A DNA stretch of 62,514 nucleotides, counting the filler, from Deltaproteobacteria bacterium (GTDB lineage Bacteria; JAEEML01): assembly GCA_016283195.1 (NCBI GenBank). It is 3 parts of 3 records of this genome, joined end to end, with 100 filler letters (N's around TTAATTAATTAA, not from the genome) between each part and the next. Parts side by side here need not be neighbours in the genome. Positions count along the whole stretch, not along the records: positions 33,976 to 62,514 come from JAEEML010000076.1; 2 more parts are not named here. One strand, 5' to 3'. Positions 38,074 through 47,681 of the stretch are shown piece after piece. How positions within the stretch are numbered: position 1 is the stretch's first letter; each line of letters begins with the position of its first letter. The notes under the pieces are model-generated. The model was not told the DNA's origin, ran no database searches, and saw only the letters and a list, made by a program, of their open reading frames with translations. A program made the translations under genes and the position numbers.

Positions 38074-38715
38074 ATGAACAACCTTTTAGTTATATTAGCC
38101 TTCTGTTTTTGCGCTATTAGCTTTACAGCTTGCGAATCACAAGCCGATGAGTTTCGAAATGCCTTCTCAGCCAATATGGCAGAAAATGCTGGAGAGACTG
38201 TTGGATATTCGAAATTTTTTGACGATTACAGACGTCTTTGGGCAGGTGAGGCTGTTGATCTTGATGATGATGGTTTTGCTGAGGCTACACTTCACAAAAA
38301 TTTTTTGGGAGTTGTTACATATCAACGGATACATCCCGATGGTGTTATATTTTATAAATCGATAAACTATCCCAATGGTAGTGAGGATGTTTTTGAAGAC
38401 AAAAACTTTGATGGAAAAATAGATTATATTTCAAATGATATAGAGAGATTTGTTTATCACATAAGAATTGTCAAAATAGATCGGAATTTTGATGGCTATT
38501 TTGAGGAACGTACCACCAGAAGAAGTTATTTGACCAGCTTAAAATCAGGTATTGACGAATACACAGTAGAAAAAGATTTGCGTGGTGATGGTACATATAT
38601 CCCTGTGGAAATAGAAATTGAAAAAGTTTCCCGTGCTGGGAGGGAAAAGATTAAATCATGGAAATTAAACAGAGACGGGCCAATGAGCGATAAACCTATG
38701 GAGGAAAAACAATGA
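38074..38715 (+). CDS. Hypothetical lipoprotein with Dx[DN]xDG-type Ca-binding-like motifs
   Basis: Lipobox FTA-C; DLDDDG, DKNFDG, DRNFDG and DLRGDG; AT-rich. Confidence 0.7.
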   Translation: MNNLLVILAFCFCAISFTACESQADEFRNAFSANMAENAGETVGYSKFFDDYRRLWAGEAVDLDDDGFAEATLHKNFLGVVTYQRIHPDGVIFYKSINYPNGSEDVFEDKNFDGKIDYISNDIERFVYHIRIVKIDRNFDGYFEERTTRRSYLTSLKSGIDEYTVEKDLRGDGTYIPVEIEIEKVSRAGREKIKSWKLNRDGPMSDKPMEEKQ

Positions 38716-39079
38716 AGCGTTTAGTATTACTTGCTACTTGCTTTTGGTTATAAATGTAGCTGGTTGTCACCAAAAGCTTGAGTGTGGTTACAAAGAAGTA
38801 CTGGTGGAAGAAAACTGTCAAGAGGACTTCAATGTCTGCCATGCTGGACTCAAATGTATTTCCGGCCCATGTGAAAGCTGTAAAAACATCCGTAGGGCTA
38901 CCTGTGCTGAGGAATATTTAGGACAGGAAGCGGAATATGGAAGTGCCCACAGTAAATTTGTCTGTTGTGCTTCTTGCCCATCATCCTGTAATAAATCAAA
39001 TGATTTTCCGTGCAAGGAAAACACTACACCAAATCTAACAAACGCGTGTTTTGACCAACTGCCAATGTGTCAAAACTGA
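38712..39079 (+). pseudogene. Cys-rich lipoprotein gene frameshifted in its signal peptide
   Basis: GAGGA RBS and ATGA overlap give MKRLVLLAT, which stops after 13 codons; LLLVINVAG-C and the Cys-rich body are in another frame; (TACTTGC)2 lies at the shift. Confidence 0.7.
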
Positions 39080-39280
39080 ATTAAAATGTGGATGAAAAGC
39101 TCTCAATATCCATCTCTGAATATTTTTGAACGGCGCGCTGTAATGGAAGCTGATAACTTTTCATTAAAACTTCACAGGCTATTTCGCATAAAGCTGTTTT
39201 CCCTTGAAATATTAGCTTTTATTGGCTAAAATACACGCTTGGGTTTTTATGGCCCAAATATGTGCCTTTTGGAGTTATAT

Positions 39281-40306
39281 TTGCGTAGTTCAGTTGAGGT
39301 CAGGGTGGGGCTTTTTGTGGTGGCCACCGTGGCTATATTTATTGTTTTTCTCTTTCTTTTGGGCGATTACCGCTTTGGTAAAGGCCTGAAAATTTACACT
39401 GATTTTCACTTTTCCGGCTCTCTCTCGGCCGGAGCGCCGGTTAAAATCAGCGGCGTGCGCATCGGTAAAGTCACGGAAGTGCGCTATGTGGGCGCCACTA
39501 AAAATGTGGATCCGCCTCTCTACCCCGAGCCGCCGGAGCGCGCTATTCAGGTGCGGGCTACCGTGCTCATAGATGAAGCTTACGTTGATGCCATTAACAG
39601 CAATAGCACCTTTCTGATAAATCAAGGCCTCTTTGGTGAGTCATATCTGGAATTTAGGCGGGCTGATAATGGTGCCCCGGTGGTAAATGGTGCTATCTTT
39701 CGCGGCCGTGATGCCCAAAGCCTCGATTCTTTAATTTCTACAATAAGTAGAACAGTTTCCGATTTAAAGCTTGATCAAATTGACTTAAAAGCAGTAGGCA
39801 CTCTTTTAAAAGACGGCTCTTCGCTGGCTAATACCATGCAACGCATTTTGGCCACCGCCGAACCGGAAGTGCCGGTTTTGCTTAGCAATGCCAACGGCGC
39901 GGTCTTGTCTTTTAAAGAGCTGGCCGATGGCGGCAAAAAACTAATTTCCACTAATGGTGATTTAGCTAAAACACTAAATAATACCAAACAATTAAGCGGC
40001 ACTTTAGCCGGCGGCGGCGAGTCGCTTATGAATGAGGCTTTTAATGCTTTGGCCGCCATTAAAAAGCTGGATGCCATTTTGAGTGCCATTCCGCCGGAAA
40101 AGGTTGGTAGAATTATTGACAATGCCGATATTACCATGAATAACTTGCAAGGCGGTTCGCGAGATTTGGCCGCCGTTATGGGCAAAGTTCGGAGCGGCCA
40201 GAGTACAGTGGGCGCTCTTTTGATGAGCCAAGAATTATATAATGATATCAAGGAGCTTGTTAAAGATATAAAACGGCATCCCTGGAAGGTGCTTTGGAGG
40301 AAGTAA
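39281..40306 (+). CDS. mlaD: MlaD/MCE-domain protein
   Basis: EVRVGLFV TM helix, GAPVKISGVRIGKV, QGLFGESYLE, coiled coil and terminal DIKRHPWK. Confidence 0.88.
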   Translation: MRSSVEVRVGLFVVATVAIFIVFLFLLGDYRFGKGLKIYTDFHFSGSLSAGAPVKISGVRIGKVTEVRYVGATKNVDPPLYPEPPERAIQVRATVLIDEAYVDAINSNSTFLINQGLFGESYLEFRRADNGAPVVNGAIFRGRDAQSLDSLISTISRTVSDLKLDQIDLKAVGTLLKDGSSLANTMQRILATAEPEVPVLLSNANGAVLSFKELADGGKKLISTNGDLAKTLNNTKQLSGTLAGGGESLMNEAFNALAAIKKLDAILSAIPPEKVGRIIDNADITMNNLQGGSRDLAAVMGKVRSGQSTVGALLMSQELYNDIKELVKDIKRHPWKVLWRK

Positions 40307-40309
40307 AGA

Positions 40310-40756
40310 ATGAAGGATACCTTAAAGCAGACGCCCCGCGTGATTTTGCAAAAGTCCCACAAAGTTGAATATGGTGAATTGCGCCGTTTTGCGGCTGCTA
40401 CCGGCAATGATAATCCTATCTTTCAAAATCAAGATGCCGCCAAAGAAGCCGGTTACCGAGATATTTTGGCAGTTCCTACTTTTCCTGATTTTTTCAATTA
40501 TATTGAAGAAATATGTAGTATTCTTGACCTTGAATTACCGCGTCTTACTCTTTGCTCACAAAATATTGATTGGTTTAGGCCGCTTTATGCCGCCGAGGAT
40601 TTGGACATTAAAGTTACCTTGGCCAGCAGTACCGAGCAGCGCAATGCCAATATGAGATTGGTTTGGCTCACTATTGATACCGAAGCTCAAACAAAACGCG
40701 GTATTCCGATTTTTAAGAGCAGTCGCACCTTTATTTACACCACTACCGTCCGCTGA
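40310..40756 (+). CDS. MaoC-like (HadA/FAS1-type) hotdog dehydratase subunit
   Basis: LRRFAAATGNDNP, AKEAGY, AVPTF and WFRPLYA patterns. Confidence 0.8.
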   Translation: MKDTLKQTPRVILQKSHKVEYGELRRFAAATGNDNPIFQNQDAAKEAGYRDILAVPTFPDFFNYIEEICSILDLELPRLTLCSQNIDWFRPLYAAEDLDIKVTLASSTEQRNANMRLVWLTIDTEAQTKRGIPIFKSSRTFIYTTTVR

Positions 40757-40771
40757 AAAGAGGAGTTTTAG

Positions 40772-41902
40772 ATGGCTATTGTTTATTTTTCTGAATTGGA
40801 AAAAGGCAGTAAATTGCCGGCTACCGAGGTTGGCCCTATTTCGCGTCGCGAGATTGTGCGCTATGTGGCGGCCAGCGGCGATTTTAACCAGCGTTATTAT
40901 GACGATGATTATGCTCAGGATAAGCGCGGGGTTATTGTCCCGGCGATGTTGGTAATGAGTTATTTTACCAAAATGCTGTCCAAATGGTCCTCAAGTAGTG
41001 TCCTGCGCACTTTTTCCTTTAATTTATCGAAATTTGTGCGTCCAGAAGATTCGCTTATTTTGCAAGGAATTGTGATTGAGCAGCACCCACAGCAAAGCCA
41101 GGTTAAAGTAGAGCTTTGGGCCGAAAACCAAAACGGTGAAAAGGTAGCTACTGCTCAGGCGGTTATTGTGCTGCCCATGGCTCCGGATAAGCCAATCAGC
41201 AAAAAGAGTCAGGAAAGCGGCCTTTATATTAGTGCAGTGCCGGAAAAATCTAATAAGCCGGAGAATGTAATTGCCCAAAAAACTGAAGAAATTCATCAGA
41301 ATATAACTAATATTCTGGCTGAAGCTGCCGAAGTTGGCAACAAACTGAAAGAAGAAATCAGCAAAAAAATAGATGCTGTCAAAGAAGCGGCCCAAAAAGA
41401 TGACAAAAAGGCTATAGCTGAGGCTGCCCCCAAAGCCAAAGCCGCACCGGCTAAAGAGACCGTCAAAAAAGATGACAAAAAGGCTAAAGCCGCAGTGGCC
41501 CCCAAAGCCGCCCAGGCCAAAGAAGTAGCCAAAAAAGATGACAAAAAAGCTAAAGCTGCGGTAGCCCCCAAAGCCGCTCCGGCCAAAGAAGCAGCAAAAA
41601 AAGATGACAAAAAAGCCAAAGCTGCGGTAGCCCCCAAAGCCGCCCCGGCTAAAGAAGCAGCCAAAAAAGATGACAAAAAGGCTAAAGCTGCGGTAGCCCC
41701 CAAAGCCGCTCCGGCCAAAGAGGCCGCCAAAAAAGATGATAAAAAGGCTAAAGCCGCAGTAGCCCCCAAAGCCGCACCGGCTAAAGAAGCAGCCAAAAAA
41801 GATGACAAAAAAGCTAAAGCCGAAGCGGTTTCTAAAGCACCGGCTAAAGCTCCGGCAACAAAAGCGCCAGCCAAAAAAGAGCAGGGCAAGGGTAAAAAGT
41901 AA
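40772..41902 (+). CDS. MaoC-like dehydratase fused to a Lys/Ala/Pro-rich histone-H1-like tail
   Basis: YVAASGDFN and FVRPED hotdog motifs; C-terminal 22-aa repeats. Confidence 0.8.
   Translation: MAIVYFSELEKGSKLPATEVGPISRREIVRYVAASGDFNQRYYDDDYAQDKRGVIVPAMLVMSYFTKMLSKWSSSSVLRTFSFNLSKFVRPEDSLILQGIVIEQHPQQSQVKVELWAENQNGEKVATAQAVIVLPMAPDKPISKKSQESGLYISAVPEKSNKPENVIAQKTEEIHQNITNILAEAAEVGNKLKEEISKKIDAVKEAAQKDDKKAIAEAAPKAKAAPAKETVKKDDKKAKAAVAPKAAQAKEVAKKDDKKAKAAVAPKAAPAKEAAKKDDKKAKAAVAPKAAPAKEAAKKDDKKAKAAVAPKAAPAKEAAKKDDKKAKAAVAPKAAPAKEAAKKDDKKAKAEAVSKAPAKAPATKAPAKKEQGKGKK
41390..41830 (+). repeat. 66-bp coding tandem repeat (KKDDKKAKAAVAPKAAPAKEAA, about 6.5 copies)
   Basis: GATGA(C/T)AAAAA recurs at 41399, 41471, 41537, 41603, 41669, 41735 and 41801. 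Confidence 0.95.
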
Positions 41903-42387
41903 TGGCAAGGCCAGCAAAACCATTGAAAAAAGTGCTTTTAAAATCCACTGTGCGGCCGGAAGTAATAAAGCGTTGTACTTCTCTCATAGATAAAGAAGTC
42001 GGCAAAAAAAGCGGCCTCACAGGCTTGGCCATTAAAGGCGGTTACAAAATAGTAAAGAATCTTAAAGGCGGCAAAATGATTCCGGAAGCTGTTGATTGGC
42101 TTCTGGATGAATTTGTGGAACAAATGGAGCCTGTAGCCGCCGATTTTGTGAAAAATGGCGGCGAACTGAGCGATGAGTCGGCTTTAACTCATTGTTTTGT
42201 AACAGAAAAAAGCACTTTGGCCAATGCGCTTTTAACTGTAACCGATTCGCGAGCCCAAAAGGCCAAAAACAAAATAATGGTGGATGCTTATAAAAAACTG
42301 CGTCCCATGGCTCTCCGCGAAGTGGAAGCCGCTCTCCCCGGTGTGGCTTCCGTTATTGCCGCAACAGCCAAAGAAGTAAAAGGCTAA
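41902..42387 (+). CDS. Conserved helical hypothetical protein (DUF6918-like)
   Basis: LIDKEVGKKSGLTGLAIKGGY...ANALLTVTD...AYKKLRP pattern recalled from a myxobacterial/actinobacterial family; TAATG-coupled to the upstream gene. Confidence 0.6.
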   Translation: MARPAKPLKKVLLKSTVRPEVIKRCTSLIDKEVGKKSGLTGLAIKGGYKIVKNLKGGKMIPEAVDWLLDEFVEQMEPVAADFVKNGGELSDESALTHCFVTEKSTLANALLTVTDSRAQKAKNKIMVDAYKKLRPMALREVEAALPGVASVIAATAKEVKG

Positions 42388-42394
42388 AGGCCAG

Positions 42395-43027
42395 CTATTT
42401 TTTCTTCCATGGAGCATTTTTTTCGGCATGGCCGGCGATGATGGGGCACTCATTAAAGAGAGCATTTACGCAGTCGATGGTCAGGCGGCACTGCTTGGTG
42501 GCATTTACTAATTTTATCATATAGATAACATCATCTTTAGTCCATTTCTCGGCTTTGTAAAGAGCGCAGTATCCTTGCAGGGCGGCATCGTAATTCATTA
42601 TTTTTACAGTATTATCAATGAATGACCTAATGGCCTTGGCCTCCTCGGGAATATTGTATTTATTCTTAAATTCATTGTTGCATACACAGAGGCCAAAAGT
42701 TTCATATTGATTTTTCCAGCAGGCGAGCGACTCCTGCGCTATCGGAGAATCTGTGAGGGCGTAGCGGGTGCTGTCGAGCCTAAAGCAGGCTTCTGAAGGA
42801 TTATATTGGATTTTGGGCGATTTATCTATTTTGCTCTTGTCCAGCGGCGGAATCCGGCCTTTTTTGTCTTCATCGCTTTGGGCATCTCCGGGCTTTGCTT
42901 CCTTTGCGGCCATAGTTTTATTGGCGCCTTTTTCTTCCGGCTCCTCGTCTTTTTGACAAGCGCCCGTGAGCAGGGCGGCAATTATGAGAGGTAAAGAAAA
43001 TATTTTAAGGATTTGTGAACTGTTCAT
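42395..43027 (-). CDS. Hypothetical lipoprotein
   Basis: GGAGG RBS; lipobox LTGA-C; eight further Cys. Confidence 0.7.
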   Translation of the reverse strand: MNSSQILKIFSLPLIIAALLTGACQKDEEPEEKGANKTMAAKEAKPGDAQSDEDKKGRIPPLDKSKIDKSPKIQYNPSEACFRLDSTRYALTDSPIAQESLACWKNQYETFGLCVCNNEFKNKYNIPEEAKAIRSFIDNTVKIMNYDAALQGYCALYKAEKWTKDDVIYMIKLVNATKQCRLTIDCVNALFNECPIIAGHAEKNAPWKKK

Positions 43028-43194
43028 CGGTTCCTCCGTTTGGCGATGAGCACTGCCAACGCGCGCTAGTTTATCTGTCTATTTGACGCACTGCAAGAGG
43101 AGGGAGGAGCTTATGTTATATTTTTGCTGTTTTTCCTCCGCGTTTGCGTTATAGAGAGGCTGGGTTTCTTGTCTCGTCTCGCAAAGGAGCTCTT

Positions 43195-44232
43195 ATGGTA
43201 CTTGGTACTAAGATGACAAAGGCACTAACCATATTCAGAGAGGCTTTTTTGGTGACTTTGGGCCTGGGTTTATATGCTCTGGCCTGGAATCTCTTTATTC
43301 TGCCCAATGGTTTTGTCGGCGGCGGTTTTGGCGGTATCTGCGCCATGATTTATTACCTCTGGGGCCTGCCGATGCAGGCTTCGTACCTTATTTTCAATAT
43401 CCTCCTTTGTATAGCCGCGTACATTATTTTAGGCCAGGATTTCAGTATAAAAACCGTTTTCGGAATTTTGGGCCTGGTTTTATTTTTATGGCTTGTTCCT
43501 GTGCCGAAGAGCCCGATTTTACAAGATAAACTTCTAAATGCCATCATGGGCGGCATTATCGGCGGCTTTGGTGTGGGGACGTATCTCTTGCAAGGTGCTT
43601 CCACCGGCGGTTCCGATATTGTGGTGATGATTATCTCCAAATATAAAAACATGAGTTGGGGCAGGGTTTACCTTATTTTTGATTTGATAGTTATCAGCTC
43701 CTCTTATTTATTGCCCACGGCCACCCTGGAGACTGTGGCTTATGGTTTTGTTTTTATGGGCGTTTCCGCTTATACGGTTGATATGGTGCACAACGGCCGC
43801 CGCCAATCGGTGCAAATGTTTATTTTTACAACAAAATATAAACAAATTGCTAATCAGATTATTTATCACCATCACCGCGGTTGTACACTTTTTGATGCTG
43901 TTGGCTGGTACACCAAAACTCATCGAAAAATTGTTTATCTGGTTACGCGAAAACGCGAATCACAAGCTATTTATAAAATGGTGAAAGCCATTGATGCCGA
44001 AGCATTTATTACCGTTTCCAACGTTACTTCGGTTTTCGGCAGCGGTTTTGATGCCATAAAAGCCGGTTTTACCAAAACAGAAATTTCGGAGGAGGGCATT
44101 CCTAATGAGCCGAGCAATATTGGCCCGGTGCCGCCGGAATTAGCCATGCTAACCAAAGCTCCGCCGCCGCAGGTTGCGGCATCTGTGCCGGCCGGGGAAG
44201 CTCCGGTATCTGAGCCGAAGGCAGAGGCATAA
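43195..44232 (+). CDS. YitT/DUF2179-family membrane protein
   Basis: GGFGG, GASTGGSD, HRGCT, GWYT and IDAEAF..V.G.GF motifs. Confidence 0.88.
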   Translation: MVLGTKMTKALTIFREAFLVTLGLGLYALAWNLFILPNGFVGGGFGGICAMIYYLWGLPMQASYLIFNILLCIAAYIILGQDFSIKTVFGILGLVLFLWLVPVPKSPILQDKLLNAIMGGIIGGFGVGTYLLQGASTGGSDIVVMIISKYKNMSWGRVYLIFDLIVISSSYLLPTATLETVAYGFVFMGVSAYTVDMVHNGRRQSVQMFIFTTKYKQIANQIIYHHHRGCTLFDAVGWYTKTHRKIVYLVTRKRESQAIYKMVKAIDAEAFITVSNVTSVFGSGFDAIKAGFTKTEISEEGIPNEPSNIGPVPPELAMLTKAPPPQVAASVPAGEAPVSEPKAEA

Positions 44233-44915
44233 TGGGGCTTATTTATGATCTTCTGCCGGAGAACTGGCGCCTTTCCCTTGCTGCCGAATTAAACAAACCA
44301 TATTTAGTAACCCTTGAAGATTTTTTGCAAAATGAGCTTAAAAACTCTGTGGTTTATCCCCCTGTGCCGCTCATTTTTCGTGCTCTTAAAATTTTGCCTC
44401 CTTCGGCAGTGAAGGTGGTTATTCTGGGCCAGGATCCTTATCATGAAGCTGGGCAGGCTAATGGCCTCGCTTTTTCTGTATCGCCGGGCGTCCCGCTTCC
44501 GCCCTCGCTAAAAAATATTTTTAAGGAGCTGGAAAGCGATTTGGGAATAAAAATAAATAATAAAACTGGCGACTTAACTACTTGGGCCGAGCAGGGCGTT
44601 CTGCTGCTCAACAGCGTTTTGACGGTGCGGGCGCATGAGGCCAATGCGCATCAAAAAAAAGGCTGGGAAGAGTTTACTTCGGCGATAATATCTGCTTTGT
44701 CGGCCGGTGAAAGGCCGTTGGTTTTTGCTCTCTGGGGGCGGGCGGCGCAAAAAAAACGGGCGCTCATAAATGAAAAGCGCCATGCCATTATTGAAGCGGC
44801 TCATCCATCGCCCCTTTCGGCGCGCCTCTGGTTTGGTTCAAAGCCTTTTTCCAGGATAAATGCCGCGCTTAATAAGTTTGGTTCTGCACCGCTTGATTGG
44901 CAACTGAGAGAATAA
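44232..44915 (+). CDS. ung: Uracil-DNA glycosylase
   Basis: GQDPYH, GLAFSV, PPSLKNI, GVLLLN and HPSPLS motifs. Confidence 0.96.
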   Translation: MGLIYDLLPENWRLSLAAELNKPYLVTLEDFLQNELKNSVVYPPVPLIFRALKILPPSAVKVVILGQDPYHEAGQANGLAFSVSPGVPLPPSLKNIFKELESDLGIKINNKTGDLTTWAEQGVLLLNSVLTVRAHEANAHQKKGWEEFTSAIISALSAGERPLVFALWGRAAQKKRALINEKRHAIIEAAHPSPLSARLWFGSKPFSRINAALNKFGSAPLDWQLRE

Positions 44916-44984
44916 ACAGTGCCCATTGAATCTCGGCTATTCTCATGCTAAAAAGGAAAAAACCGGCCATGAAGGGAGCTGATT

Positions 44985-45488
44985 GTGGCGGGAAAAACAG
45001 TATTATTTGTTATTATGGCTATTTTACTGCTTTTAGGGGCACTTTGTTCCCTTAAACGCAAGCCCTGGCAGGCCGCGCTTTTGATTTTGCCGATTACTGC
45101 TCTCGCAGCTGGTATGCTCTATATGTTAGAGCGCAATCTACTGGCTATAACTCTGCTTTTTTCCGGCTGTTTTAATAGTTTGTTATTCTTTATTCTGGCC
45201 GTGCGCAGCGCAGCGGAAGTGGTGCGTCCGCGCCCCTTTAAACCCTATGGCGGAGCTCTCAGCCTTATTGTGGCGGCAATGGTGGTTTACGGACTTTTCC
45301 GCCTCTGGCAGCTTTTGCCGCCGGCAACCGACCAGGCTTCTGCTGCTCCGGCCGGGGCTATGGCTTCCGGCGCCTCGGCTATCCTGGCTGATTTTTTGCT
45401 GCAAAACAGCCTTCTCGCGGTGCTTAGCGGTATTTTTATGCTTATTGCCACTGCTTTTGTGGTAATATATAGCACAAAAGAGGAATAA
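44985..45488 (+). CDS. Divergent NuoJ-like membrane protein
   Basis: 167 aa with five hydrophobic segments; first gene of a J-K-L-M-N-sized series. Confidence 0.6.
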   Translation: MAGKTVLFVIMAILLLLGALCSLKRKPWQAALLILPITALAAGMLYMLERNLLAITLLFSGCFNSLLFFILAVRSAAEVVRPRPFKPYGGALSLIVAAMVVYGLFRLWQLLPPATDQASAAPAGAMASGASAILADFLLQNSLLAVLSGIFMLIATAFVVIYSTKEE

Positions 45489-45489
45489 T

Positions 45490-45801
45490 ATGGCTTATTT
45501 ACCCCAAATTGCCGCTATTAGTGCTCTGCTTTTGCTGGCCGGCGGTCTTGGCGCTCTTTTAATTCATCGTCACCTTTTTTTCATGCTTATCGCCCTTAAT
45601 TATGCTCTTTGCGGAGTTATTCTTTTACTGGGCGCTTTTTCCTCCTCGGCTGCCGATAGTAGGGCTGAGTACTATGGTTTACTGGTGCTTGTTGTGGGAG
45701 AAATTTCTGCACTACTGGCAACTTGTGCTTTGGCTCTTTATTTTAAAAAGCACCGTTCGCTGGATATGGCGGCGCCAAACATGGCGGAAGAGGAGATATA
45801 A
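45490..45801 (+). CDS. Divergent NuoK-like membrane protein
   Basis: 103 aa, three TMs; RHLFFMLIAL, VGEIS and YFKKHRSLD resemble NuoK. Confidence 0.7.
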   Translation: MAYLPQIAAISALLLLAGGLGALLIHRHLFFMLIALNYALCGVILLLGAFSSSAADSRAEYYGLLVLVVGEISALLATCALALYFKKHRSLDMAAPNMAEEEI

Positions 45802-47681
45802 TGACGAGCTCTTTCCTCTGGTACACTTTGGAAACGCTGGCTCTCTTTTTGCCTTTCCTCTTCTCTCTGTATTTATTCTTAACTTGTCATAATTCTTCTA
45901 AATTTTTGGAGAATACCCTGGTCATTGTCTTGGTGACGCTGAATATCGCCCTGACGCTCTCCATCTACATAATGCTGCCCGGTGAGCCGCAGCATTTAGT
46001 TTTTGGTAATTGGCTTTCAATGGGGACGGTGCGGCTTGATTTTGCCTTTCGCCTTGATGCTCTAAATACGCTTTTGCAAGCCATCGGCACATTGTTTGTG
46101 AGCATAGCCATTTTTTTCTCTCTGGGTTACATGAACCGCGACCAAACTCCGCGCCGTTTTATTGGCATACTTTTTTTACTCGATGGCTTTTTTAAATTGT
46201 TTTTCCTGGCTGATGGCTTTTTCTTAACTCTTGCCGCTCTGGTGTTTATCTTGTTTGCCTCCGGAGTGCTAACAGCTTATTATTATAGCGATTTAGGTAA
46301 AGTACAACGAGCAGGACGCGGTATGTTGCTTGACCTTTTGGGGCTTTTTACTCTGCTTGTTGCCGGCATTCTTATTATTACAGCTTATGGTGGAGACACT
46401 TACGCTTTTTTAGCTAAGGCCGCCGCAGAAGGAGGAAAGCCGGAAGTCACATTTTGGTGCACTGTGCTTTTGGCCGTGTTTTTGGTCTTTAGAGCTGCTC
46501 AAGTGCCTTTTCACACTTGGTGCCTGGAGATGTCTGCCGCCCCTAGTCCGGCAACAGCGCTTTTCCAGGGGGCTCTTAGTACCTTTGTCTTGGGACTTAT
46601 CTTTATTCGTCTGCGGCCGGTTGTAGATGTTACGCTATTTAGCTATATTTTTTGGATAATCGGCTCTATATCCATGGTTATTTCGGCCGTTATCGGTATG
46701 TTGCAATGGAATGTTAAACATATTTTGGCTTATATCTGGATGAACAGAGTGAGCTTTTTTCTTATGGCTTTGCCGCTTTTGGCTCCGGAACGCCTGGTAA
46801 ATGAAATATTTTTACTTTCGGCCGCGCTTTTTGTCCTCTTTTTGGGCACAGCTATAATCATCCGCTATTTGGGTGATGAACAGCAACTTGGTAACATTGG
46901 CCGACTATATAACCGTGTGCCGCTGGTTATGGGTACCACAGCTTTGGCTTTTTTTGCTCTTTTGCCTCTGCCGCTCTCTCCGGAACAAAACGTGGCTCAA
47001 GAGATTTTGCGGAATATGTGGCTGGCGCGGGCAACTAAACCGCTTTTGATATTACCATTAATAATGTATCTTCTGGGCGAGGGTGTGGCTGCGGCTTTGG
47101 CTGCCCGTTATTTTCTGCGACTTTTTGTGCTTAAGCCTTTGGCCGAACAGCCGGAAAATCGCCGGAGCGCCGCCGGTAAAGTTCCACTGGAGATGCCGGT
47201 GGCTCTTTTGGCAGCCCTCATTTTTCTCTTTTTTGTCTCCCATTTTGCCATATTGAGCGGGGAAAATCTGGCTAGTCTTAAATGGCAATGGCAATGGCCA
47301 TTTTTACTAATTAATATTGCGGATATTTGGCCTGTCTCTATAGCCGCGTTATTAGGCTTTTTGGCTGTATTTATATATCTTTTGCGCAGTGACCGGCGGC
47401 GTTATTTCCCCGGCCAGTATTTTGCCGGCAAATATGAATACTTGCTCCACGATGCCTATTACCGGGTAATTGCCAAGCCGGTTCTTTATATTACCGATTT
47501 GCTCTTTGGCCGCATTATTGGAGAGTTTTTACCTGATTTTATTAAAAAATCAGCTGGTTATCTGGCGGCCGGCAGCGGGTATCTGGGGAAAATGCTTTAC
47601 CGCGGCGATATTCGTTACCATGTGACGCTCTTCTTTCTTGCTTTGCTTACGCTACTCTATTTGCTGGGAGGAGAGCTATAA
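45801..47681 (+). CDS. Divergent NuoL/MrpA-like antiporter-type subunit
   Basis: WLSMG..LDFAFRLDAL, FSLGYM..D...RRF, AAQVPFHTW, APSPATAL and terminal GDIRYHV motifs. Confidence 0.8.
   Translation: MTSSFLWYTLETLALFLPFLFSLYLFLTCHNSSKFLENTLVIVLVTLNIALTLSIYIMLPGEPQHLVFGNWLSMGTVRLDFAFRLDALNTLLQAIGTLFVSIAIFFSLGYMNRDQTPRRFIGILFLLDGFFKLFFLADGFFLTLAALVFILFASGVLTAYYYSDLGKVQRAGRGMLLDLLGLFTLLVAGILIITAYGGDTYAFLAKAAAEGGKPEVTFWCTVLLAVFLVFRAAQVPFHTWCLEMSAAPSPATALFQGALSTFVLGLIFIRLRPVVDVTLFSYIFWIIGSISMVISAVIGMLQWNVKHILAYIWMNRVSFFLMALPLLAPERLVNEIFLLSAALFVLFLGTAIIIRYLGDEQQLGNIGRLYNRVPLVMGTTALAFFALLPLPLSPEQNVAQEILRNMWLARATKPLLILPLIMYLLGEGVAAALAARYFLRLFVLKPLAEQPENRRSAAGKVPLEMPVALLAALIFLFFVSHFAILSGENLASLKWQWQWPFLLINIADIWPVSIAALLGFLAVFIYLLRSDRRRYFPGQYFAGKYEYLLHDAYYRVIAKPVLYITDLLFGRIIGEFLPDFIKKSAGYLAAGSGYLGKMLYRGDIRYHVTLFFLALLTLLYLLGGEL

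Noticed and set aside
41024-41923. Long antisense or alternate-frame ORFs (41024-41923, 41296-41889, 51019-52149, 18866-19513, 27732-28382)
   Set aside because: Shadows of low-complexity or repeat-coding genes on the other strand; no independent motifs.
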